Below, piece by piece: positions 25,440-39,200 of a stretch of 64,000 bases of DNA (the stretch's first letter is position 1; each line of letters begins with the position of its first letter). The DNA is taken from NCBI GenBank assembly GCA_964016885.1, contig OZ024740.1, forward strand, positions 248,124,001 to 248,188,000, given 5' to 3'. The position numbers and the translations under genes were made by a program. The stretch comes from Eledone cirrhosa (lineage: Eukaryota). The notes under the pieces were generated by a model, which saw only the letters and a program-made list of their open reading frames with translations, was not told the DNA's origin and searched no databases.

Positions 25440-28200
25440 AGTGTTTAGACTTGTGATGTACTTATATTGACAGAATCTTCCTTAGTATATGGGCAGTTCC
25501 CATTAGTACTATCTTTTGTATTTCTTCTATACGCGGGTTTCCTGGGATTTGGGATAAGTAATCATTAGACCCCTTAGGTATCATTCCTAGAGCACCTACA
25601 ACCACTGTTATTGTTTTAATTCTCAATTTCCACATTTTTCCAATCTCTATCTCCAGGGCTTTATACTTGCTCAATTTTTCAAATGTTTTATAGATACATT
25701 CTTGTCTATTGGAACAGACATATCAATTAGCAGGCATACCCTCTTTTTAAAATCCTTCAGTATTATATCAGATCTACTTGCATCTATTTTTCGGTCCTTT
25801 TGGATGCTAAAGTTCCACAAAATTGAGGTGTGACCTTTTTCAAGTCTGGGAGGTGGTTGATACTTCCACCAATTCTTTTGATGGGGCAGGTCAAAATGCT
25901 TACACATTACCCAATGTATGTATTGTGCAGCTCTGTCGTGACTGTTTAGGTATTCGGTTGGAGTTATAGGACTGCACATTGAAATTATATAATCAATGGT
26001 CCCTGGTTGTTTTTTACATATAAACCCATGCTAGTGTGGAAGATAGACGTTAAACGTTGATGATGATGATGATACACGGCATAATGGGTTGCATTCATTT
26101 TTTATGATGTTGGCTAGATAATTTTTTGTTGGCAGACACTGATCTTGTGCTGATATAATCAGTCCTTCAGTCTCTGATTTCAGTCTTCAGTTGGCATCTC
26201 CAGAGGATGCCAACCACTGATGGGTTAAAGTTTTGTCAACGTCAGGATTGTTAGCACTTTCTGTGTATTTTCCATAGAAGCTTTTCTTGCCCTTTCTGAG
26301 CCAGTTTCTGTAGCAGTTCTTTCTTTGCATTTACTTTTACCTGCTTCAACAGTAAAGGGAACTTCTGAAATTTGTAGTTCATTATTGTATCTATGTGCAT
26401 CTTTTGTAATGGAGTATAATCTTTCGATGCTTTCATGTTTCAAAATGAGTTTGACCACCCAATCGTGTGCTTCCTTTAGATATGTAGATAATCCGATTGT
26501 TGCAGTTTTCAAAGAAATATCTAACTGGATTAATCCACATCCTTCTTCATTCCTAGGGAGATATATTCTATGCATGGTTAAGAATTTTCTAATTTTCGTA
26601 TCAAGCCTACAGATCTGAGTTTGACCAGTTGATGATATTAAAACTGTAAGTTACTACTGGTATGGCAAGTGTGTTTATGGCATCGATCCTATTCCTTGCA
26701 TTCAACTCCATTCTTAAAATTGCTCTTACTCTGCGGTAACATTCCTTCCTTATCCTTTCCCTCATTGTCGAGTGCTTGATTCCGTCTCCTTCACAAACAC
26801 CTAGATATTTATAAGTTCTCTTATCACATTCCACCGATCAAGATTAATGTCTGAACTTCTCAGCAGCTTTCCTCTGGTGAACGTAGCTTTGGTGCATTTT
26901 TCTAGTCCAAACTCCATTTTAATATCATCACTGAACTGCTTCTCAGTGGATAATAGCCCTTGCAATTGCTCATCATTTTTTTGCAAATAGTTTCAGGTCA
27001 TCCATGTAGAACAAGTGATTAAGGGTTTTGTCATAGACTTTATATCCATGTTTTGTTTCATTGAGCATTTTACTTAATGGTATAAGTGCGATGCAGAATA
27101 AAAGTGATGATAAAGAGTCACCCTGAAAAATTCCACAATTAATATTAACTTCTCCAGTTTCCAGTGATTTTTTTTCTCCGTTCAAAATGAGTGCTGTTTT
27201 CCATGCTTTCATACTTTCATACTGTCAGGAACCTCCTGACAACAGAAGATATTTTGAAAATCTCTAAACACTTTTCAATCCGTGTGGCAAACTATCAAAT
27301 GCTTTTTTGTAATCTATCCAAGCAATCGATAGATTTTTGTGTTTATTATGACAATCTTCCAGAATCATTTTGTTAATCAAAAGCTGATCCTTACAGCCAT
27401 ATGAGCCTCATTTACATCCTTTCTGCTCATTGGGAAATAGATCATTTGTTATCAGATGATCATATGTATATTCAGTTAGGATTGATGTTAAGATTTTATA
27501 CATTGTGGTCAAGCAAGTTATCGGTCTGTAATTTTTTGGATTATTTGTCTCATAATTCTTCAGAAGTAGGAATGTAATGCCGTTAACTAGCCATGATGGT
27601 ATCTTTTCTGGCTCCTTAACCATTTCATTGTAAAGTTGAGCTAACGGGCTCATGAAACTCTGTGAAGGCATTTATCCAAAAATTTGGTATTTTGTCTTTC
27701 CCTTGGGATTTCCATTTGCTGGATTTTCTAAGAGCTGAATGCAGATATTCAACTGTTATATTTTCCCATGTTTGTTAGTGGTGGTGAAATTGCCGTTCTT
27801 AGGCTGTTGTACTTAGTGTATGCAGAGGGATTTTCTTCCATTTTTGTTGCATGTTCTTACTGCATTACCGAGTACAGCTCTGTGTGCCTTGGGTTTATGC
27901 AGTGTTATTATTTCCATTGTATTCAGAGTACTCTTCGTAATATGTTGCTCTACCAAGTAGTATATTTTGTATATATTTGTAAGTCCTGGGATTTGGGTTT
28001 TGTATCTGTTTTTTTTTTATCATTCCCACAGCTCCTATTATTAGAGTTTCTGTTTTTATCATCCACATTCACGTTATTTCTATCTCTTGATCTTTATATT
28101 TTGATTATTTCTCCGTTTCCTTGATGGATATATTCTCATCTGTAGGGAGAAATACATGAATTAGAAGACTTTTTTTCTTTGTGGTTTTAGACTATAATAT
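25440..28200 (-). mobile_element. Degenerate R4/Dong-like LINE (RT + RLE)
   Basis: NYRPITCL, GIFQGDSLS, HLFYMDDLKL, YKYLG, HDRAAQYIHW, DASRSDII, KYKALEIE, VVVGALG fragments in order. Confidence 0.85.
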
Positions 28201-28319
28201 CTGCTCAAATGGTTTTGATCTCAGTGTCTGTGTGTATTGGTATATCCAAGAGTAAGATTGCTTGTCATTATTTGACACCTGTTTCTAGTGTGTGTCTGAA
28301 CCATCTTTTGTCTATTGTG

Positions 28320-30022
28320 ATTGACAAAAGAGACCTCATTATCCTGGCAGACGACTTCAATGGACATGTGGATGGATTTAGCAGAGTTCATGGCAGCTAT
28401 GATTATGACTCAAGGAATGAAGGGAGACTGAGATTCCTGGAATCTTGTGATGCAAATGAACTAACCATCTGCAATACAAATTTCAGGAAACCAGCCAACC
28501 ACCTGATTTCATATCAATCATGTGAACACACAAGCCAAATTGATTACTTATTAAACAATAAGACAAACGGACTGCAATAAATACTAAGGTCTTCCCCGGG
28601 GAAGAATGCACTGCCCAGCACAAGTTGGTTATTAGTGACATCAACGTCACTAATGACATCATGTCTTTGGGGGGGGGGGGGGTAATAGAAATTACACTGG
28701 TGCACTACTGATGCCCAAAAGAAAGAGGCCTGGAAATGTTACTATGAGAGATTAATGAATGTAGAGAATGAATAGGAGGAAGAGAAGCTACCCCCAACTT
28801 ACCCAAAGGAAGGACCAGCTATTGTAGTTGATAGTTTTAGGGTCATAGACGCGATCAAGGAAATGAAGAATGGTAAAGTTGTGGACCATCAGAAATAGTT
28901 TCTGAGATGCTAAAAGCATTGGGAGAGGAAAGATTCAAACTAGTAACCTGTATAGTAAATGAAGTAATACATGACAGAGTCATACCCAATGACTGGTGCA
29001 GCAGTACAATCATAAATTGCTACAAGAGCAAAGGTGATGCTCTAGAAAGGAGCAACTATGGAGGAATAAAACTAATAGACCAAGTTATGAAAGTGACAAA
29101 AAGAGTTATAGCGCAACTAATTAGGGAAGATGTCAAAATAGATGAGATGCAGTTTGGTTTCATGCTTGTAAACAGTACTACAGATGTCCTCTTCTTAGTA
29201 TGGCAACTACAAGAGAAGTTCCTAGTCAATTATAAACCACTATATTTAGCCTTTGTTGATCTAGAGAAGGCTTTTGACAGAGTACCTCAATCTATTATTT
29301 GGTGTTCCATAGGGAAATTAGATGTAGAAGAATGGCTTGTGAGAGCAGTGCAAGCTACGTACAGAGAAGCTGTGAGTAAAGTGAGAGTAGGAAATGAGTT
29401 TAGTGAGGAATTCAAAGTACAGGTAGGACTTCAAGGTTCAATTCTTTGCCCACTGTTGTTCGTCATAGTTCTTCAGGGGCACTTATCTATGCAGATGATT
29501 TGGTCCTTATAGCTGAAACCAAAAAAGGAACTAGAAAATAAATTCCGATTATGGAAACTGAATTTGGAATCAAAAGGTCTGAGAGTAAAGTTAGCCAAAA
29601 CTAAAGTGCCAGTGAGTAGGAAAGAAGATAGGACCCAGACTCCCTCAGGGAAGTGGCCATGCTCAATATGCAGAAAAAGAGTAGACATAAAATCCATACA
29701 ATGTACACAATGTAAATCTTTGGTACACAAAAGATGTAGTGGGATAACTTTGCATGTAAATGTACAGGAGAAATTGAGAGGAAGAGTGCTAATGATATAA
29801 ACCTTTTCCAGCCAGATGAAGGATCCATAGACATGGTTGATAGCTTCTGCTATCTAGGTGACCTAATTAGCAGCGGAGGAGGGTGCAACAAGAGGATAAT
29901 AGCTAGAATAAGGATAGGATGGAAGTTTAGTGAATTACTCCCACTGTTGACAACAAAAGGTTTCTCGCTATGTACAAAACAAAGGCTGTGTGCAGTGTGT
30001 GATGCTGCGTGTTAGTGAAACA
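28320..30022 (+). mobile_element. Degenerate, internally deleted RTE LINE
   Basis: DDFNGHV, CNTNFRK, FVDLEKAFD, WPCSICRK fragments. Confidence 0.85.
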
Positions 30023-30249
30023 TACCCTTTCATCCCTTGAGGGTTGATAAATAAAGTACCAGTTTAACAAGAATGTTGATTTCTTTCTTTCTCTCTCTCT
30101 CTTTCTCTCTGGAAGAAATCAGTTGTGGTTTAAGTTGGAGAGGGATGGAGTCTAAATACCCAAAATAGGCCATATATTATGCTGACACTTCTACAATGAA
30201 ATGACTGTCTAAGACTTCTTCTTTGCCCACTTATTCCTGAGTGTCATGG

Positions 30250-30790
30250 GGGCAGAGTCCTCAAACACTCCTTCCAGCGGGCCCTGTCAGAAGCAACTGT
30301 TTCCAACTGATCCAGCTGAATCCCCAAGCAAGACTAGCCAAGATCATGGATGTTATCCAATTATCTTGCTCAGAGTCTACCCCTGGGTCTCCTGCTGGTT
30401 GGTTTTGCCCGTAAAACCTGTCCAGCGATTCTTTCCTGAGACATTCTAACCATATGCTTATAGTATCGGAGCTGTGATCTCACAATTCAGAGAAGTAGCA
30501 GCTCTACTCAAAGTGACTCTCCGAATTTAACTCTGAGCTATGCATTCTATTGAGTAACAATACTCCAAAAACCCTTCGGAGGAACCCAATTTGGGCTGCT
30601 TGTATTTGCGATCATATTCTTTCAGTCGTTACCCAAGGTTCATGTACATAGGTAAGTACAAATACTGAATTGAAGATAGCGGGTTTGACTTTCACACCTA
30701 CCTCCCTTCTGATTACCAAACGCTGAAGCTGGCACATTACTGCACCAGCTCCTGCAATTCTTGCACTTCATTCATCCTCCTACCTTACAT
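30250..30790 (-). mobile_element. Old RTE-type LINE 3' fragment of a different family
   Basis: Minus strand HEPWVTTERI*SQIQAAQIGFLRRV resembles the RTE C-terminal motif. Confidence 0.5.
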
Positions 30791-30809
30791 CACTCGTGAG
30801 CACGGCCTC

Positions 30810-30983
30810 AACAAGAAGAAGAAGAAAAAGAAGAAAAAGAAGAAAAAGAAGAAAAAGAAAAAGAAAAAGAAAAGAAGAAGAAAGAAGAAAAAGAAGAAAG
30901 AAGAAGAAAAAGAAGAAAAAGAAGAAGAACGAAGAAGAACAAAGAAGAAGAACAAAGAAGAACAAAGAAGAAGAAGAAGAAGA
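30810..30983. repeat. (GAA)n/(GAAA)n purine microsatellite
   Basis: Direct reading. Confidence 0.95.
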
Positions 30984-31589
30984 TTTTATGATAGTCAATA
31001 CAATTCTTACAAATTATAATTTTTTTAAGTAGCATGTAGTCCAGATTTTAAAAATGACTAGTTTAATATGCTACTTCTAGCCCAATCTAGCAACTCTGAC
31101 ATAGAATTATGCAAGAATTGCCTTATATACTGCCATCATTATACTGCACACCTCCTAAAAAAGTCCCATCCAGCCCATGCCAGTATCTAAAATGCAGACA
31201 TAAAAACGATGATGAAGGTGGCAGTGATGTTGATGGAGATATATTATATATACATTATTAATTAGTGTTTAATTAGGAAATTAGAAACTGAGTAAAATTA
31301 TATTTGATTAATATTTCTATCAATCAATAAAATTAGATGCTGCACAATGCCATATTTTACATGGGTACATGTGGGAGAGAGAGAGAGAGTATATATGTAA
31401 ATATGTATGTTCATGTATACATGTGTGTGCATGTACATGTGCATAAGCAATAAATACACTCTTACTATTGAGGATTATTAAAATCAGAGATTTGATACAA
31501 ACTCACTTGAAACCACCCTATGAGACACAACTGCTCATTATAAGGTGTTCATACTTATTGTTATAATGGTGTATCACACCTGTTAGTAT

Positions 31590-32460
31590 ATCTGTATGAA
31601 CGAAGGTAAAACCAAAATATTCACCAGACGTAATTTCGAACTACCAACGAGATCACTACAACGAGACTCCGTTGACAATTCACTTCAGTTATTATTCATA
31701 GACATTCATAGAATAAGGAAGACTGAGAAAATGTTGAAGACGAACCTCTTTCTAGAAGGCCAATCTCATCAACAAATGAACAAAATGTGAAAGTGGTACA
31801 AGCAGTTAGGATGATTGCAAAAGAAACGGGCTTGGATAAAAATGCAGTTCACAGAATTTTAACAGATGATTTGCATATGTGAAAAATTTGTGCCAAACTA
31901 ATGAAGCAAAAAGTGAACCAGTTGGAAATTTGTCACGATTTGCTAGAAAGACTTGAAATTGAGTTAAATGTTTTGGATAACGTGATAACAGGAGATGAAT
32001 CATGGGTATTCGAGTATGATTCAAAGACAAAACAGCAAAGTGGGGAGTGGCACACAAAAAATTCTCCTCATTGGAAAACAATGATTATCATTTTTTTTTT
32101 TGACAGCCCTTGTATTGTTCACATAAAATTTTTACCTCCAGGACAGACAGTTAATGGCACTTTCTACAAAGATGTCTTTGTAGAAAACAAGTCCAGTGAG
32201 TTCAAAAAGACATTGCAGGAGATTGGGTACTGTACCACGCTCACGCAGCACTTTCAATTAGAGAATTTCTTGCAAAGAAAAACATTTATACCCTTCTAGA
32301 TCCACCATACAGCCCAGATCTAACTCTGTGATTTCTACCTCTTCCATAAGATGAAATCGAAGTTGAAGGATCATCATTTTCGGACTGTGGAAAACATACA
32401 AAAAATTGTAACTGACGAGCTAAAGACACTCACTGAAAATTACTTCCGGTGCTGTTAAGT
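31590..32460 (+). mobile_element. Degenerate mariner transposase
   Basis: VITGDESWVFEYD, FLPPGQTVNGTFY, and PPYSPDL at ~32300. Confidence 0.8.
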
Positions 32461-33818
32461 AATATTTCAAACATTAACCTAATAAAGAAAAGCTTAGTTA
32501 TTTCATTAAATTCTTCAAATTTTCAAAATTAATTGATGCAGATTTGTAGTGTATTTCATTTGAAATACAGTAACAAAACAGTTAAAGTGTTTTAAAAAAT
32601 ATGCTATTGCTTAACTGGAGTTTTGCTATTCCAGCTTTGTATATGTTGAATGTATGTATTTGCATATGTAGGTATATGTATCAGTGTTTATGCCAATGTA
32701 CATGTAAATATTATACTACTCAAGTGACGCATTGAGCAAGACACTTTATTTCAGGTTGCTGCAGTTTACTCAGCTGTAGAAATAAATTGTGATGTCACTG
32801 GGGCTAAGCTGTATCAGCCATTGCCTTTCCCTTGGACAACATCAGTGGTGTGGAGAGGGGAGACTGGTATGCATGGGCGACTGCTGGTCTTCCACAAACA
32901 ACCTTGCCCAGACTTGTGCCTCGAAGGGGAACTTTCTAAGTGCAAATCCCATGGTCATTTGTGACAGAAGGGGCTCTTTACCCTTTACTATGCTTATGGT
33001 ATAGAATATTTTTTCACTACTTAGCATTTATATAAATATATATATCATGACAGGCCTAAGGGCCATATTATTAAAATACCGAAGAAACAGCCTATGAGAT
33101 GCAATCTTGACGGAAGCTGAGTAAAACTGCACAAGTGTAAATCTTAACAACAATGTGTGTGTATTGGTCTGTGTATGCATTTATATTTACTGTTTGTTTA
33201 TTTGCTATAACTTAGCAATTTGACAAAAACTGATTGAAAATATAAGTATTTGGTTCAATATGATTGACTTAACTCCATCAAGGCATCAGAATTAGGTGCA
33301 GTCTAATGACTGAAACCAGTGAAAGAATATAAAAGAAATGGCAGGGGAATGTCTTAATAAAAAAGTAGTAGTAGTATAAAAGTACAAGTCAAGTCTTTAG
33401 TATTCTCTCAGAATAATCCTCATTATAATTAGAGGAAATCTTTGCAATTTGTCTCCAAATTGTGTTATTATTCTAAGCATTTTTTTTAAATAAAAGAACT
33501 AGGTTAATAAGCTGTTTATAAACCTTTCTTTCAATCTGGCATTTGCTAAAGTTGCCAGTTTTATTCCTTAGTATTTTAGGTGGAGATATTTAACATTTCT
33601 GCATTTATTTCTTTTTCCGTTTTCTTTTAAGTTTTACATAAAGCTTTTAAAACACATCAATGCATACTTGAGTATATACACAGGCACACAAACATGTGCA
33701 CACACAACACTCTGAAACACACACACATATGCAATGTGTTAAGAAATACTACATAATAGTCAGTTCTAAATAGTTAATGTATGGAATGTTAGAAAATGAA
33801 GATGAGGTTGGATATATA

Positions 33819-34440
33819 TACAGGGTGCGAACGATATTTGTTCGCAATTTTCAACTGCTAATTTTATGCAAATTTTTTTTACTTCTGTTGTCACTCTTGT
33901 CTTCATAAAAACAGTGACTATATTTCCATTATTTATTTTCAGAATAATTGATTATGAATAATTTTGAACCTCCAAATTTGTGGAAATTCTTGGAATCCGC
34001 GCAGGGAGGACAAAAAAGGAAATTTCAGACTTTCTCAGCGTCAGCAGGAGAATGGAGGAAGTGGTCAGAAAGGAATTGGAAGATTCATGATTCGACTACG
34101 AATCAACATCAGAGAGGAAAACACATGATCGACGATTTGACACCTTCAGAACGCCCGAGTTCTTCCCTGAGGGCCTCAAGCTGAAACCCGATGGCTACAT
34201 CCGCGTTCTGATCGAGGTAGTAAAGCCCTGGATCGACCAGGTAGCTGCAGGTAGGCCGTAAGTGTGACAGCAAAACGCAGCGCCCTGTCATACCAACCGA
34301 AAGACCCAAGTCTGGCTGTCAGAGAACTTCGTCGACCAGACTTCACATGACATCTGGCCTCCCAGCTTGCCTGACTGCAACCCCCTCAACTTCTTTGTGT
34401 GGGGCGCAGTGGAACGAGACACCAACAGATCTAGCTGCAA
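33819..34440 (+). mobile_element. Tc1/mariner-superfamily relic truncated by (TA)n
   Basis: TA-CAGGGTG terminus; [17 protein letters not shown] resembles the PDLNPLD motif. Confidence 0.65.
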
Positions 34441-35038
<598 letters not shown>

Positions 35039-35070
35039 TAAAAGAATAGAGGTGTAACACACAAGTTATG

Positions 35071-35450
35071 ATATATTGGTAAACGGAATAGAAAATGCTG
35101 ACAAATTGTACACAGTGAAAAATAGTTTAATTAGGAATAAATGAGAATTAGTAATAGTATTGGTTAGTATTCAGTTTTGGTTTTTAGTTTTACCAGTTGC
35201 GCGGTTCTAATGCTTTTCAAAAATAATTTTGAGATAGCGCGTCCGTGATGTTTACTCTGATCAGAGTAAACATCACGGACGCGCTATCTCAAAATTATTT
35301 TTGAAAAGCATTAGAAATGCGCAACCGGTAAAACTAAAAGCCAAAACTGAATACTAACCAATACTATTACTAATTCTCATTTATTCCTAATTAAACTATT
35401 TTTCACTGTGAACAATTTGTCAGCATTTTCTATTCCGTTTACCAATATAT
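35071..35450. repeat. Spacerless 380-bp palindrome (fold-back element)
   Basis: 190-bp arms centred on CTGA|TCAG at 35260/35261, about 5 mismatches between arms. Confidence 0.95.
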
Positions 35451-35523
35451 ACATATATATATACATATATATATACATATATATATATACATATATATAT
35501 ATATACATATATATACATATATA

Positions 35524-36154
35524 TAAAAACCGGTTTTGTCTGTTTGTTTACATACAGACTAGCTGAACACTCACAGTAAAGTGTCCAGTGAAAGGCTCGG
35601 TACATGTACATATGTATACGTGTGTGTATTTATATGCATACTAGTATTTCAGTATACATATGTGGATGTACACTTTTAACTTAATTGTTTAAGCGTCAGT
35701 CATACAAAAGTGAGTTACAAACGAAACGAAATTTAATTTTGTTTCGTTATTTGTTTTTATCGTTTCCGCTGAACCGGTACGTACTCACGCTCTATGCAAA
35801 TTAGTCTGCCCACTACTAATTTTCATAGAAAAAGCATATAACGATATGTGCTTTTACGATTCTCTAGAGAGGCCGGAGGATGGGTATATATTGCTGATGA
35901 GATGTAATAACATCGAAACTAGTCCAATATTCCTGTATGGCTCTTTGGAGAATAGAGGAAAGGTGTTTCCTTGAAAACCAGTATGACTCTAAAAACCGGT
36001 TTTGTCTGTTTGTTTACATACAGACTAGCTGAACACTCACAGTAAAGTGTCCAGTGAAAGGCTCGGTACATGTACATATGTATACGTGTGTGTATTTATA
36101 TGCATACTAGTATTTCAATATACATATGTGGATGTACACTTTTAACTTAATTGT
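35524..36154 (+). mobile_element. 466-bp-unit partial tandem (~1.35 copies) retrozyme/pLTR-like element
   Basis: 35524-35688 repeated at 35990-36154; contains a hammerhead; TA-type microsatellite on both sides. Confidence 0.85.
35888..35930 (+). ncRNA. Minimal type I hammerhead ribozyme
   Basis: ATATTG CTGATGA GATGT(AATA)ACATC GAAA CTAG TC CAATAT: perfect stems I and II, palindromic stem III ACUAGU, GUC triplet. Confidence 0.93.
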
Positions 36155-36201
36155 ATATACATATATATATACATATACATATACATATATATATACATAT
36201 A

Positions 36202-39200
36202 TCGTGGACGAGAATGCTAGCACTCCCCCTTGTTTCGGTCGCGGATGGCTAACATAACCCCAACTCCGCTATCCCCCCCCCCCCACTCCCCACCGCTCCC
36301 ACCCTCCAAACGCAATCCAAAACTTCAGAGTTGGTACCATGAATGTAGGCACCTTAAAGGGTCGCTCTAACGAGGTTGTAGAAATGCTTGAACGTAAGGA
36401 GGTCGATGTTTGTTGTATTCAAGAGACCAGGTGGAGGGGAGGGTCTGCTAGATTCATCGTGGGTAAAGAACGATGCTATAAGCTTTACTGGGTGGGAAAT
36501 GACAATGAGCTGAGTGGAGTAGGAATCATGGTAGCAGAAAAGTGGGCAGATAAGATAATAGACGTAAATAGAGTGAACGACAGAATAATGAAAATAAGAC
36601 TTGTCCTCAATAGAACTACGGTGACAGTAATATCTGCGTACGCACCCCAATCCGGACTGCCCGGCGCTATAAAAGACAGATTCTATGAGACACTGATGCT
36701 CGCTACCTCCCAAATAACCGACAGTTACTATATAATTATTGCAGGCAACCTAAACGGTCACGTTGGACAACATTGCGACGGCTATGATGGAATCCATGGA
36801 GGCTATGGGTTCGGTACTAGAAATGAGGAAGGCTCCAGAATCCTGGAATTCTGTGATGCAAATAACCTAACTATCTGTAACACTAACTTAAAAAAAACGT
36901 GACAATCACTTGATCACCTATAGATCGGGGGAACACACAAGCCAGGTAGATTATATCCTTACCAGAAGACGTGACAGAGTGTCCGTTGTTAACACTAAAT
37001 CCCTCCCCCATGAAGAATGCACCTCCCAACATAGACTGATAATTAGCGACCTCATAGTCAGGACGAGACGTACTAGACAGCAGAAGAGGACTATCCTCAG
37101 GAGAAAAATATGGAAGCTAAAGGACCCCACAGCCAGAAATAAATTTCAAAGCATATTACTTGATGCTTTCGACAGTAAGGAAGAGCAATTAGAGTCGTAT
37201 AATATAGAGGAACAGTGGGAATTCCTGAAAGCAAACCTGCTGACGGCGGCAGACGAAGTCTGTGGCTGGAGCAGGCCTGTAGGTAGGAGGAGAGTAACAT
37301 GGTGGTGGAACAGTAAGGTGGAGGAGTCAATTAAGGCCAAAATGCAGGCTTGGAAAGTATGGCGGGATGGGGGAAGTAGAGAAGACTATCAAATGGCCAG
37401 GAAGGAAGCTAGGAGACAAGTGTACTTCGCAAGAAGGGAAGCAGAGGAAAGAAAGTTCAAGCATGTTCTACAACGCGAGGACCAAAAACGTGAGGTGTTC
37501 AGGATTGCTAGGCAATGTGTCAAGGAAAACCGTGATATTGTCGGGGAGAAGTGTGTACTTAATGATGAAGGCGTACTTGCCATCACTGACGCCGATAAGA
37601 AGGTAGCTTGGAAGAGTCACTACGAAAGGCTTCTAAATGAGAATAAATGGGAGAAAGACAGTCTCCCCCACATCGACCCAATAGAGGGACCAGCAGTGTT
37701 AGTCGAAGGTAGTATAATAAGTAAGGCAATCAAAGATATGAAGGCGGGTAAGGCGGCTGGGCCTTCGGAAATAGTTGCTGAGATGCTGAAAGCCTCTGGA
37801 ACGGTGGGACACACGATGGTCTCCCGGATAGTAAACCAAGTCATACAGAATGGGGTTGTTCCGAAGGACTGGCGTAGCAGCATCATCATTAACTGTTACA
37901 AGGGTAAAGGAGATGCCCTAGATAGGTGTAACTATAGAGGCATTAAATTAATCGACCAGGTCATGAAGGTCACAGAAAAAGTAATAGCGCAACTAATCAG
38001 AGAGAGAATTGATCTAGATGAAATGCAGTTCGGGTTTGTGTCAGGCAAGAGTACCACAGACGCTCTTTTCATTGTACGACAACTACAGGAGAAGTACCAA
38101 GCTAAAAGTAAACCCCTATACTTAGCTTTTGTTGACTTGGAGAAAGCCTTCGACAGAGTCCCCCGTTCCATTATCTGGTGGGCTCTTAGAAAACTAGGTG
38201 TTGACGAATGGCTTGTCAGAGCTATACAAGCCATGTATAAAGAAACAGTCAGCAAGGTTAGAATTAACAACGAATATAGTGAAGAGTTTAGCGTAAAAGT
38301 TGGTGTCCATCAGGGCTCTGATCTTAGCCCCCTACTATTTATTATTGCCCTTCAGGCTATAACAGAGGAGTTCAAGACCGGCTGCCCATGGGAACTCCTA
38401 TACGCAGATGATCTAACGCTCATAGCTGAATCAATGGCTGAGCTAGAGAAGAAATTCCAAACATGGAAGCACGGCCTAGAATCAAAAGGCCTTAAAATTA
38501 ACCTGGCTAAGACTAAAGTTCTAGTTTGTAGGAAAGAAAATAAGGGGCCGGTCCCTTCCGGGAAATGGCCATGCTCAGTGTGTAGGAAAGGCGTAGGTAG
38601 AAACTCCATTTTATGTCCCAAATGCAAAGTATGGGTGCATAAAAGATGTAGTGGGATCACAGGTAAGCTAACTAAGAACATAGATTTTACATGTGGCCGG
38701 TGCTCTGGTGCAATAAGTAGCAGCAAGTGCCCACAAAATACTAGCTCTTTCAATTGCACAGAGGGTTCTATAGAAATAGTGGACAGCTTCCGTTACCTGG
38801 GTGACAAAATCAGCAGTGGGGGAGGGTGTTCTGAAAGTACAGTAGCTAGAGTCAGAACTGGATGGAAAAAGTTCAGAGAGCTTATACCACTATTAGCCAC
38901 TAAAGGGTTCTCCCTAAAAATGAAAGGCAGGTTATATGATGCCTGCATATGAACAGCAGTGCTGCATGGCAGTGAGAGCTGGGCATTGTGTGCAGAGGAT
39001 ATACGCAGACTAGAGAGGAACGAAGCTTGCATGCTCCGCTGGATGTGTAATAGTAATATACGTGAACGGCTAAGCATAAACGAACTAAGGAAAAAATTAG
39101 AAATAAGAGGGATCAGATGTTGTTTACTCGAGAGAAGGCTACGTTGGTATGGTCACGTGATGCGCATGAAAGACAACAGCTGTATAACAAAGTGCAGGGC

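Noticed and set aside
30780-31035. Lys/Arg-rich or Phe/Ser-rich ORFs
   Set aside because: Translation of the (GAA)n microsatellite
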